Shown here one piece after another: positions 49,531 through 62,542 of a stretch of 64,000 bases of DNA. Made by a program: the position numbers and the translations under genes. The notes beneath the pieces are model-generated. The model was not told the DNA's origin, made no database searches, and saw only the letters and a program-made list of their open reading frames with translations. Source of the DNA: Malacoraja senta (Eukaryota); NCBI GenBank assembly GCA_038087875.1, contig JAXLNO010003457.1, positions 1 through 64,000 on the forward strand. The letters run 5' to 3'. The stretch's first letter is position 1, and the number at the start of each line of letters is the position of its first letter.

Positions 49531-52500
49531 CCTCCTCCCTCACCAACAGCTCCAACAGCTCCAACAGCTCCAACAGCTCCAACAGCTCCAACAGCTCCAA
49601 CAGCTCCAACAGCTCCAACAGCTCCAACAGCTCCAACAGCTCCAACAGCTCCCGGCCTCTGTGGAACAAAGCCCCGCGATGGGGTTTTGTACTCACCGCC
49701 CGGACTTTACTCCTCCCACACCAACAGCTCCAACGGCTCCCGGGTTTCTCTTCATGAGGCCATGTCTTCATTGACGTGGTTTCCCATTTTGTTGGAGAAG
49801 GAAGGAACTCTAACCTACTCGCACCTCTTAACAATTTCCCTTTTAATTTTGAAATTAACAAATTCGTTTTTGGACAAATTTCAAATCAAAATGTTCCAGG
49901 ACGCAGCCAATCACACTCACATGCGTTTCGAAGCCCATCTCCTATCCTCGATCTTAATCTGAATGCATGTAAATGAATTCTAGGCACATGAGCAAAATTG
50001 AACACAAAAAGGAAATTAGTCCACTTATCAGAAGTATACCTAACCACACTCCTGCATAAATCAAAAACATCCACTTATTACAATTCAAATCACGAACTCT
50101 AAGAAATCCTCCTCGTGGCGCAATCAATCAGCAGGTGTGTCTGCGTGTAAGTATCTGAGTCTCTCCCTGAAGTTTTGGATGAGGAGCTACGAGAAGATAC
50201 TGAGCTTGGATAAACTGGGTATAGATTGGCCGGAATACGCTAGTTTGTTCAAGAATACCACAAGCAACCGTCAACATCTCCTTCCTGTGTAGGAACCACG
50301 TCCCGTGCTCTCGTATCCAGAGGCCACGCGTCCGATCTACCCTTCTACTGTCGGACTGTCTCTTCCCTCATGCTCTGCTGCTGCAGACCAGCTATGCCCT
50401 CACCACAACGTTCGGTGCTTCGCCGTGTTCACCCCCCAGGTCTCCAGTGCTCTCGCCGCATGGGTCCCCGGTTATTTACCCGGAGAAGGGAGCAGACGCG
50501 GATCTATATTATTCAGTCATCACATAGTGGTGTGTTTATTCTTATAGGTCACCTACATTTAGATGTGCACCACTTTTATTTCTACAAGGAAAGATGTAGA
50601 TTGGTTACTTCACTTATTAACCAATGTAGTGCTTTATTACTAGAAGCTCCGCCTACTACCCCCAACCGTTCATATTATCGCATTTAATCTACACGGCAAC
50701 ACAGCTGAAGCAACATGCTGCAGCATGTTATGAGTGCCTTTCAATAAATACTGTTGTACCATGTTCGTGAGTATGACCTGGTCATTTGACACTGGGTGAT
50801 CCGCAACTTCTGCTGGGAATTGAAACCGGATAAGAGTGACAAATAACTAAAAAATAAACGCACTCACAGATAATAGGTATCTGGCACAATAATGAGAGTC
50901 TAATGCAGTGAAAGTGATCTGACGCACCGGGGACAATAAGCAGGATTTGGCGAGGTAATGGTGAATAGTAAGGAGGGCACGAAATGGCAATTGCTGTCGG
51001 TATTTGCAGTGTATATAATTAGTATATAATATAATTATTATTTGCTTATAACGCTTAGGTAGCGGGCGGAACACTTTTCCGTTAATCCTCCTCTGTTGAG
51101 TACTGAAGCATACTTTGAATATGAATTCTGACTAAGCTTGTCTTGTATGATAATTACAATGTGTGTTTATGTATTGTCCATACATTTTTACATCATTCAT
51201 GGGGGATGGGGACACAATCCTTTGGCCCATCACTGTTATTGAAGTACTGCCCGGATATATGTAAAGATACATGAATTATTTTACTGAATTGATTTTAAAG
51301 AATAATTAAAACACTGTATATTGATCAAGAGATTGACGATCAATTGCGTTAAAATAATAGGACTTGGGTTGTTTCCAATTGTACATATTTAGTTCTTTGT
51401 AGGTAATTCTTTAAAATATCTGGTATATACTTTTAAAAGACGTCAGATAATTGGGTGATAATGTTGCTTTTGTTTTCTTTGGCGTTATTAAATAATTTGC
51501 CCAACAAATTGTGAATAACTCCACTGTTAGAGGGAGTTATAAGATTTAAGCTTTATTTGGATGGTGAATATTTGGACAGTGTACAATTGCTGCAAGCTTG
51601 TTAGATACTTGTACAAAGCTAGACACAAAAAGCTGGAGTAACTCAGCGAGACAGGCAGCATCTCTGGAGAGAAGGTATGGGTGACGTTTTGGGTCGAGAC
51701 CCTTCTTCAGACTGATTTCAGGGGAGTGGGCAGGACAGAGATAGAATATAGTCACAGACATTAAGACTGGTGGGAAAAGTGCAAAGGTGGAGGGGATGGA
51801 GGGAGAGGGAAAGCAAGGGTTACTTGAATTTAGATAAGTCAATGTTCATACCGCTGAGGTGTAAGCTGCCCAAGCGAAATATGAGGTGCTGTTCCTCCAA
51901 TTTGCGCTGGGCCTCACTCTGACAATGGAGGAGGCCCAGGACAGAAAGGTCAGATTGGGAATGTGAGGGGGTGTTAAAGTGCTGAGCAACCGGGAGATCA
52001 GGTAGGATAAGACGGACTGAGCGGAGGTGTTCAGTGAAACGATCGCCTTTCTACTCAGCCTTTGAAATGACATCAGGACCGCACCTTTCTGTTCGCCCAT
52101 TGGTCTGGTCGAGTCAAATTACAGATCAATAGACCCCGGCGTTCTCCCATTGCACCGACGAGAATTTCTAGAAGTATATTTTCATCATTCTTTATTTTAT
52201 AAGTAATTATGTTTTCGATGCTAACAGATTACTTGTAAAGTAACGTCGCGTTGACTTCCGTTAAAATGAGGTCTGTCCCATAATGTGAAAGGGAAGAAGA
52301 TACAAAGTGCTGGAGGCTGAGATTATCCCATTGTTTATGAGACAGTTAGACAGGTACATGGATAGGACAGCTTTGGAGGGATATGGCCCAATCGCAGGCA
52401 GGTGGGACTAGTGTTGCTGGGACATGCTGGCCGGTGTGGGCAGGTTGGGCCGAGGGGCCTGTTTCCACACGGTCACACTGTATGACTCAATATAAAATAT

Positions 52501-52789
52501 TGTCGGATTTGTTCGGTTGGATCTTGGCCGCAATGATTGCCACGGACTCAGCTGGAGGGTGAAGAGTCCAGAGCGTGCACGGTCCACACCTCACCTCTTG
52601 GGTCAAGCCAATCCCCCCCCCCCCACAGTCCCCTCCCAACCCCGCCCCACAGTCGGAAGTGTAATCCCTCTATTTTTGGCAGGAACTGTGTCAGGAAAAA
52701 CGGGAATACGGGCGGAGCAGAGGCTGTGATCCCAGTGAAATCGCCAACAAACCGCGCTGAATTGAAACAAGCGCCTGCAAACCAAGCGG

Positions 52790-53169
52790 AGAGCTGGCAG
52801 GTCTGTGTTTATTTCGTATTTCACGGACTACAATAAATAAAGACTGTCGGACTGTCGTCAAATGCAATTTTACACGTAATCGCTATTAGGACAAATGTTA
52901 CCAATTCTACTTGTTAAAGTGTTACAAACCCTCTCTTCAGTTTGTTACATAAATAAACTTTCATAAATATCTTTCTTTTATAAAGATATAGTTTAAACAT
53001 AAATACATTTGTGCAGAAATTAAATAAACAGTCATGATCCGTTGCGGTTCTACATAAGAGTCGCTGGTAAATGTCATTCTTCGTACCGGGAGAAACGGCG
53101 TCGTTTTCGGAGGAAAAGCTACTTTCGCGAAACAAGAAGACGTCCAGAAAGTGTTCGGAGTCCGGTGTC
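52790..53169 (-). other. nppc: 3'UTR exon 3 of CNP-like copy 4
   Basis: Donor 53448/53447, acceptor 53170-53172, AATAAA 52813-52808. Confidence 0.72.
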
Positions 53170-53467
53170 CTATCAACACAAACAAGCGCCGGTTAGTGGG
53201 CCAGTAACAGGCAGAGTGGCCGAACGGCGGTGACACCCGGCAGTCGCTGGGACAACTCGCTTTCAGCACAAGCGGAGGATGAGAGGACATTAGCGGAACT
53301 TGTGTTGAATCAACTCGCTGCCTGAAACTCTCTTTGTTTCACGCACTCTCCTCTGAACAACCACAGGTTGCGGAGCGCCGCGTTTCTGGGTCCCAACAAA
53401 CATTCGCAGTGAAATAAATGCCGGCATTGGGCGCAGCAGAAACTTACCGTGGCTGGGAGTGTGGTGT

Positions 53468-54176
53468 CTAACAGCCCAACTTGCTCATTGCGCCTATCTT
53501 GTCCATCCGCAATCGGAAACAACCCTTTTTCTTCGACCTGTTGCGGGGCTTGTCATTCTCCCGCCGGGGCCGGCGCTCGGGAACGGCGTTGCGGATAAGC
53601 CGCACTTTGCCGCTCACATTCGTCATGACATCCCATCCTTCTGAGAGGGTTGTCCCCAGGGACTGTTCACCCGCTACATGTGCAGGATCCTGTCAAAGCA
53701 AGTGTTGTCACAGCGCGTTAAATCAGCTTATTTATTCACCGCCTTATACTTCCAAATGTTTACACATAACGCATATATAGCTGATATTGTCACCAAACTC
53801 GCCCGTGGTATTACACCTGATGTCATCTGGAATATTGAAATAGAATGAGCGCAAAATGACGGGACAACGGTTGTAGAGCGACTCTGTGAACAAACAGCCC
53901 AAGCGTATCGCGTGCATTCTCACCGTTCATTCGGTACATTTATGCGCAGAGTTTGTGTCAGACAGAAAGTGTTAAGAAAGACCTACTTGCTACCCGTGAC
54001 ACAGTGAGTTATTCTCGCTGCTGTGGTAGTTAGTGCACACGGTGAAACGCGGGGCGCGGGGATGTGCAGATGAACACATTTCATCCGGTTACCTGGTTCG
54101 ACGGAGTCAAAGGTTTGGCCTCCGCGGAGAGTAGAAGCAGTAAGAGTCCGGACAGCACCAGCGAGCAGAGGAACAT
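53468..54176 (-). CDS. nppc: CNP-like prepropeptide, copy 4, join(54176..54093, 53689..53468), 101 aa: ...AEAKPLTPSNQ|DPAHVAGEQSLGTTLSEGWDVMTNVSGKVRLIRNAVPERRPRRENDKPRNRSKKKGCFRLRMDKIGAMSKLGC*
   Basis: Same exon lengths, intact splice sites, 403-bp intron, intact ring. Confidence 0.95.
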
Positions 54177-54287
54177 CCCTTCTTCAAACGTCGGCGGGTC
54201 CCCGCCTCGACCCCTGTAATGAGTTTGTCGGTGTCGCGTCTGTCCAAGGTTCTAGAGGCGAATGGTGTTTCTCGCCGCTTCCCATCA

Positions 54288-54476
54288 TTTTATAACATGC
54301 AGTGACGTCAGCCAACGCCCCTTTTTCCAACTTGTTGGGACAGAGGAAGAAAAGCCGGATCCCCCTCCCTTCCCTCCCCCTCCCACCTCTCCCTCCCCTC
54401 CCCCTCCCTCCCCCATTCCCCAACCACATGGTCTCCAATACTGAGTCCATGTGATGGAATTGGTGCGTTCGCCAAT
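54288..54476 (-). promoter_or_regulatory. Promoter of CNP-like copy 4 (TATA + CRE)
   Basis: TATAAAA 54294-54288; TGACGTCA 54303-54310. Confidence 0.8.
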
Positions 54477-57400
54477 GCGGGAAGGCGGCGGCTTCACAGT
54501 CGGAGCGGGCGATGGGTGGTTGGACCATTTGATAATCAATTGACACATAAACCGATCCGGTGCGGATGCAGATCAAATTTTGATCGATTAAGAAACCACA
54601 CGGATCACCCGTTGGTATCGCCCCTTACATATCCACAAACATGCTCGTGAAAAACTAGTAAATATTCTCTGAAAACGGGTGAATCTGACGTGCAGCGAAT
54701 TTTATTTTACCGATATCTAGCTGAGGTTTATCGAGATGCGAACACATCTTTGCGAAAGAATTGCAGAGAAACGCGAGCCAAATCTTTGTTAATACTAAAA
54801 CAGCATTAAAATATTGGCGTTATTTTAAAATGACTAATATTGTAAAGATATTTTATATTTAATTAACAGTGAATCCGGGATTGGACTTTATAACGATGAA
54901 ACGGTACCAAATAATTCGTTCATATTTCCACTCCTTTGTTTTTAAATTGGGTGTCGGTAATAATCAGGCACAAGGAACCGCAACGTATTTTCAGCAAAAC
55001 ACAAAGTACTGGAGTAACTGAGCCGGTCAGGCAACATCTGTGGAGGGAATGGACAGATGACGTTTAGAGTCGGGACCCTTCTTCAGACTGAAGGATCGCA
55101 GTCAGTCCGTCCCCTCCACAGATGCTGCCTGACCCGCTGAGTTACTCCAGCACTTTGTGAAACGTCACCTATCCATGTTCTCCACAGATGCTGCCTGACC
55201 CGCTGAGTTACTCCAGCATTTTGTGTTTGAAGACTTAGGCAACCGGCGAAAAATTATTCTTGCAAAAAGTGCAAATCTATGAGTGAAGTTGGAAGGAACT
55301 CTCAATGCTTCAGAAACGGTAAAAACAAAACCTTCACAAGACATAATGTTTTGGTGTAAATCTGCAATTACCGGTTCGCCCCTCGGTTGGTCCGCGAAAG
55401 CTGCACTGCCCGAATTTTGAGAAGGATTAGTTTCTAATTTTCCTTCACACACCAATGGAACTCTGCCACTTTGTGCAACGGTCGCGTTTAATGTGTGACG
55501 CCAGATATAGGTTGGTATGATTAGCAATGGGATCCGCGCGATGCTCAAGAATGTGAATTAATGGTACGGTTTGGTCAATTCTCAGCTTGGTTCTGTCTGC
55601 CAACGAGGACACCGCGAAACAGCATTAATTAAACACACCGGAGATTCTCATTAAAATGCACGCTTTGTATATAAACACGAACAACTGTATTTGATGGTTA
55701 GTAGGCGCTTCCCTGTCTAAATCACAGCAAAGACTCGGTGGTCACTGACGGGCCTGAAATGCGAGGTGTGCTTTTCTGATCTTGATCCCGCACCTGCACT
55801 GGTAGAGCTGGAAGCCTCGTTTAGTGAAAGGCGGCGTGTCAGACCGACCAGTATTCGTTCATAATAAAACAATATGCCATAGATTTCAAACAATGACTTA
55901 AACGGTTTGTTTTAAAGAAGGTAAACGCACATATTCCCCGCGCATCTGTGTGAACTGGGGCACTGTACAAACACAGAACTTGGCCACGCTCACCGCACAG
56001 TTTTCCTCTTGAAATTGCAATGATGACATTGTCCAAGAAATGTACGCGGGGATTCCTCGTTAACGGGTCGGACACACATTCCTCGCTAACGAGTCTCAAC
56101 CCGAATCGTCACCTATTCCTTCTCTCCAGAGATGCTGCCTGTCCCGCTGAGTTACTCCAGCATTGTGTGTGTATTTTAGGAACAATGTCTGCCTTACGTC
56201 TGACTGAAGCGGCACATTAGCGGTTCTGAGATTCCCGGCAAGATGAGCGATGCCCGCACGTGTCTCTGGTGTTGTTGCAGCTTCTGTACTTCCCGCTTGC
56301 CCGGCGACAATCTCAATACCTCTCCGGACATTTTATGAGCAGGGTCCTGGTTCCTTGTACATTGTTAGCGGAGGCGCGATCCAGCCTCGCCGATTTAATT
56401 TGTGTTCAGGTTTTGTGTGTCTGCGGGGGGAATTATCTTCGTGGTGTCCCAACTGCATGGACGGGCTGCGACCACCCGAGCTCGCCACCCCACCCAGACA
56501 ACTCCAGTGCGGGACAGACTACGGCGGTCCGGCACGATCCTTAACACAAACCCTAACCCCGTTCATGGGCCTAGAAAGAAACATAAATTGGTCAACCGGG
56601 CGTAGGAAGAGGGCAGAGAGGAAATGGATGGAAGCGTTAAAGGCGCGAGAGCACAACGGCCTTAATCTCGCAACAACTCAAACCTCGGATGGACCCTGAC
56701 TGACTCCTACAAATCTACAGAAGGGCAAGTGTAAAGGCGAGTAGATTTGGACGAGGGAGATGAGACCGTGGGTCAGACCAAAGTGGCAGTACACGGTGAA
56801 AAGGAATCTCCAGGGGGAGATCAGTGACCACGAGGCATTTTGTCCCACTGCCCAATAAATGATAACCTAACCCCGTTTCATGTTTAGGATCAAAGCCCGA
56901 CAAAGCCACCGAACGCAGCTCAACCGACAGCGAGGAAAACAACCAAAGCAACATAAAGCGAATACATTTGGTACCAAGGTCTGTTTTTACGGTGACATTC
57001 AGTCATTTTCAGTGTGGGGCTGTCAAAATGTGAAACCTCGTTTAGCAAGTAGCAAATAGTGGAGTAGCAAGATGGATTCAACAGTGGCTGAATGGGAGAT
57101 ACCAGAGAGTAATGGTGGATGGCTGTTTGTCAGGTTGGAGGCCGGTGACTAGTGGGGTGCCTCAGGGATCTGTGTTGGGTCCACTGTTGTTCGTCATATA
57201 CATCAATGATCTGGATGATGGTGTGGTAAATTGGATTAGTAAGTATGCAGATGATACTAAGATAGGTGGTGTTGTGGTAATGAAGTAGATTTTCAAAGTC
57301 TACAGAGAGATTTAGGCCATTTGGAAGATTGGGCTGAAAGATGGCAGATGGAGTTTAATGCTGATAAGTGTGAGGTGCTACATCTTGGCAGGACAAATCA

Positions 57401-60400
57401 AAATAGGACGTGCATAGTAAATGGTAGCGAATTGAGGAATGCAGTTGAACAGAGGGATCTAGGAATAACTGTGCATAGTTCCCTGAAGGTGGAATCTCAT
57501 GTAGATAGGGTGGTAAAGAAAGCTTTTGGTGTGCTGGCCTTTATAAATAACAGCATTGAGTATAGAAGTTGGGATATAATGTTAAAATTGTACAAGGCAT
57601 TGGTGAGGCCAATTCTAGAGTATGGTGTACAATTCTGGTCGCCAAATTATAGGAAAGATGTCAATAAAATAGAGGAGAGTACAGAGGAGATTTACTAGAA
57701 TGTTGCCTGGGTTTCAGCACCTAAGTTACAGAGAAAGGTTGAACAAGATAGGTCTTTATTCTTTGGAGCGCAGAAGGTTAAGGGGGACTTGATAGAGATC
57801 TTTAAAATTATGAGAGGGAATAGACAGAGTTGACGTGGATAAGCGTTTTCCATTGAGAGTAGGGAAGTTTCAAACAAGAGGACATGATTTGAGAATTAAG
57901 GGACAAAAGTTTAGGGGGCAACATGAGGGGAACTTCTTTACTCAGAGAGTGGTAGCTGTGTGGAATGAGCTTCTAGTGGAAGAGGTGAAGGCAGGTTCGA
58001 TTTTATCATTTAAAAATAAATTGGATATATATATGGACGGGAAAGGAATGGGGGGTATGGTCTGCGTGCAGGTAGATGGGACTAGGTGGGAGTAAGTGTT
58101 CGGCACGGACCTAGAAGGGCCGAGATGGCATGTTTCCGTGCTGTAATTGTTATATGGTTATAAGAGTCAGGCGCGATCAGTCGGGGCTCAAACTCGTCGC
58201 GATTATCGGTAACGTCGGTGAGAATTTCCAATCCTTATAGAATCCCACTGGTTTGCAGCTTTGTTTAATTCCCCTGGTGTTGATTTCTCTCTCCCCCCCC
58301 ACCCCACCACATTTTTGGCCGTTGGTTTCTCTTGAAAGTGACCCACCTGGTTCGTCCTATTGCTTAACATCTCCCGCCACCCGCCCCCCTTCACCTCTTT
58401 AAACGAGCTCTCTCCCATTAACACTGTCATGTTCCTGCATAATCTCCACAGGAAACAATCTACCCCTTTGCTTCCACAGATGCTGCCTGACCACCGAATT
58501 TCTCTAGCAAATCGTTTATTGCATTCATGTTTTGTGATGTACTTACTACACTTTAATGTTCCCAGCTTTTAACATGGTACAGTACTTTCGTAATGCAAAC
58601 AATTATGCTTGAGATTGTTATTTTAACATTCCTTGATTCGCCATAATATTTTCCAATACCCTGGAATTGGACCCTGTGACAGTTTGCTTGCAGGAAAGAC
58701 CAGTAATAGAGAATCATTGCTAGATATTAAAATGTTTAACGACACAGAAATAAAATAATCTTTTCAGAAAATGACCTGTCACCCCACCCAAAATACAATG
58801 CCCAGCACTTCACACACCTCAGCATTTGGCACATAGCCTCAGCAACCCTAGTTTGTACAAGGTGAGGCAGAGGTTCACTTGCACCTCCTCCAACCTCATC
58901 TACTGTATCCACTGTTCCAGCTGTCAACTCCTGTACATCGACGAGACCAAGCGCAGGCTCGGCGATCGTTTTTAGTGAACACCTCCGCTCAGTCCGTCTT
59001 ATCCTACCTGATCTCCCCGTTGCTCAGCACTTTATCACCCCCTCACATTCCCAATCTGACCTTTCTGTCCTGGGCCTCCTCCATTGTCAGAGTGAGGCCC
59101 AGCGCAAATTGGAGGAACAGCACCTCATATTTCGCTTGGGCAGCTTACACCTCAGCGGTATGAACATTGACTTATCTAATTCAAGTAACCCTTGCTTTCC
59201 CTCTCCCTCCATCCCCTCCACCTTTCCAGTTTTCCCACCAGTCTTAATGTCTGTGACTATATTCTATCTCTGTCCTGCCCACTCCCCTGAAATTAGTCTG
59301 AAGAAGGGTCTCGACCCAAAACGTCACCCATTCCTTCTCTCCAGAGATGCTGCCTGTCTCGCTGAGTTACTCCAGCTTTTTGTGTCTATCTTTGTACAAG
59401 TATCTAACAAGCTTGCAGCAATTGTACACTGTCCAAATATTCACCATCCAAATAAAGCTTAAATCTTATAACTCCCTCTAACAGTGGAGTTATTCACAAT
59501 TTGTTGGGCAAATTATTCAATAACGCCAAAGAAATCAAAAGCAACATTATCACCCAATTATCTGACTTGTCTTTTAAAAGTATATACCAGATATTTTAAA
59601 GAATTACCTATAAAGAACTAAATATGTACAATTGGATAAACCCAAGTCCTATTATTTTAATGCAATTGATCGTCAATCTCTTGATCAATATACAGTGTTT
59701 TAATTATTCTTTAAAATCAATTCAGTAAAATAATTCATGTATCTTTACATATATCCGGGCAGTACTTCAATAACAGTGATGGGCCAAAGGATTGTGTCCC
59801 CATCCCCCATGAATGATGTAAAAATGTATGGACAATACATAAACACACATTGTAATTATCATACAAGACAAGCTTAGTCAGAATTCATATTCAAAGTATG
59901 CTTCAGTACTCAACAGAGGAGAATTAACGGGAAAGTGTTCCGCCCGCTACCTAAGCGCTATAAGCAAATAATAATTATATTATATACTAATTATATACAC
60001 TGCAAATACCGACAGCTAAAAAAATACACAGCAACAATTTTTAAACTATTCCGCATTTTCACCTATTTGTTTCCCCTAAATATTGCAAAAAATGTTTGTG
60101 GGAACAATGAAGGATGAGCTCAAGGTACTTCATCTAACTCAAGATTTTCAATGTATCAAACATATTCAGAGCTCTATTACGTATCAATCCCATCGCTGAT
60201 CCCAATTGCACATCCATAATCCACCAAACCCGCATCACTGTATTCATTTACCGAAAATCTTTTGCACAAAAATAACTACATGACTATTTTAAGGGACCAT
60301 TAATACTCCCACACTACTTCGTTTTACTGCACACCAAATGCCAAACAACAACCGTGTTTAGTAATACCGAAGTCGCTTACAGTAAATTATACCTTTAATG

Positions 60401-61857
60401 CAAACAACCCTTTTTCAGCACTTCATGACTATGCAACAGTTCATTACATGATTCGCTTTACTGTAATCCATTACCTGATCCCTAATGTTGTACCCAACTT
60501 CATTCCAAATCTCCTTTGCTGCAATCCTTTACAACAGATGGGCATTACCGCAAGCAATTGCCATTTCGTGCCCTCCTTACTATTCACCATTACCTCGCCA
60601 AATCCTGCTTATTGTCCCCGGTGCGTCAGATCACTTTCACTGCATTAGACTCTCATTATTGTGCCAGATACCTATTATCTGTGAGTGCGTTTATTTTTGA
60701 GTTATTTTTCACTCTTATCCCGTTTCAATTCCCAGCAGAAGTTGCGGATCACCCAGTGTCAAATGACCAGGTCATACTCACGAACATGGTACAACAGTAT
60801 TTATTGAAAGGCACTCATAACATGCTGCAGCATGTTGCTTCAGCTGTGTTGCCGTGTAGATTAAATGCGATAATATGAACAGTGTAGTAGGCGGAGCTTC
60901 TAGTAATAAAGCACTACATTGGTTAGTAAGTGAAGTAACCAATCTACATCTTTCCTTGTAGAAATAAAAGTGGTGCACATCTAAATCTAGGTGACCTATA
61001 AGAATAAACACACCACTATGTGATGACTGAATAATATAGATCCGCGTCTGCTCCCTTCTCCGGGTAAATAACCGGGGACCCATGCGGCGAGAGCACTGGA
61101 GACCTGGGCGGTGAACACGGCGAAGCTGGCGAGTGGGGCACCGAACGTTGTGGTGAGGGCATAGCTGGTCTGCAGCAGCAGAGCATGAGGGAAGAGACAG
61201 TCCGACAGTAGAAGGGTAGATCGGAAGCGTGGCCTCTGGATACGAGAGCACGGGACGTGGTTCCTACACAGGAAGGAGATGTTGACGGTTGCTTGCGGTA
61301 TTCTTGAACAAACTAGCGTATTCCGGCCAATCTATACCCAGTTTATCCCAAGCTCAGTATCTTCTCGTAGCTCCTCATCCAAAACTTCAGGGAGAGACTC
61401 AGATACTTACACGCAGACACACCTGCTGATTGATTGCGCCACGAGGAGGATTTCTTAGAGTTCGTGATTTGAATTGTAATAAGTGGATGTTTTTGATTTA
61501 TGCAGGAGTGTGGTTAGGTATACTTCTGATAAGTGGACTAATTTCCTTTTTGTGTTCAATTTGCTCATGTGCCTAGAATTCATTTACATGCATTCAGATT
61601 AAGATCGAGGATAGGAGATGGGCTTCGAAACGTATGTGAGTGTGATTGGCTGCGTCCTGGAACATTTTGATTTGAAATTTGTCCAAAAACGAATTTGTTA
61701 ATTTCAAAGTTAAAAGGGAAATTGTTAAGAGGTGCGAGTAGGTTAGAGTTCCTTCCTTCTCCAACAAAATGGGAAACCACGCCAATGAAGACATGACCGT
61801 TGACTCCGTCGGTCCTCTGCAAGAAATATGCAGTGAATTTCCAAAGGGAAATTGTTT

Positions 61858-62540
61858 TTTATTTTTTTAATTTCATTTTTATTTATTAGAAGCAGTGTAC
61901 AAAAATATAACCAGCGGCATATGACATAATACATTTATTGTACAGCTTCAATTTCAATTTTTAGCTATAGCTAAGAGAAAAAGAGAGAGAAAAAGCAAGA
62001 GAGAGAAAAAGTGGATGTGCAAGGATAGAACCCCTAGACTACCAAATTGGTGTAGCCAAAGAGTGAGTAAGTAAAATAAATAAGGAAGACATAGAGAAAT
62101 AAAAAGACAAAAATAGAAAGAAAAACAAAAGGTGATGATATACCTGCCTCGCATCCCTCCCCACCCATCACCCAACCCGTAATTAGATTTAACTCCAAAA
62201 TTGTGTTGCACCATACTATCCTTGTAATAAATCAATGAATGGTGTCCACGTCTTCGAAAAATGCTCTGGTTTTTCTGCTGACAAGTCTAATATTTTCAAG
62301 ATGTAGCGTCTCAGACATGTTTGTAATCCACATTTTAAGAGCGGGGACAGATGTATGTTTCCAAAATTTGAGCAGAAGTTTTTTTGCTGTTATCAGACCA
62401 TAATTGAGGAAACGTCTTTGAAATATTGATAGCTCAGAGCAGGCTTCTGATGTTCCTAGAATAATCAGTTTCGTGTCGGGGTCAAATTTTGTTTTTAATG
62501 TTTTTGAGAGAATTTCAAAAATTTCTCTCCAAACGTTATG
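61858..62540 (-). mobile_element. L1-clade 3' fragment with A-rich tail (shorter remnants ~22880-23120 and ~42910-43150)
   Basis: ORF 62232-62555 (WREIFEILSKTL..IILG..GLITAKKLLLKFWK..W) is homologous to the C-terminus of the L1 at 10503-10980. Confidence 0.8.
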
Positions 62541-62542
62541 TA

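Larger units (their letters stand above)
32724..52047 (+). repeat. Tandem amplicon unit 2 (~19.3 kb)
   Basis: The junction gatcgcc|tttctactcagcc is identical at 32723/4 and 52047/8. Confidence 0.9.
40265..52047. repeat. Internal inverted repeat of unit 2: arms 40265-42853 and 49761-52047
   Basis: Mirrored sequence. The right arm has a ~540-bp deletion at ~50995. Confidence 0.88.
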
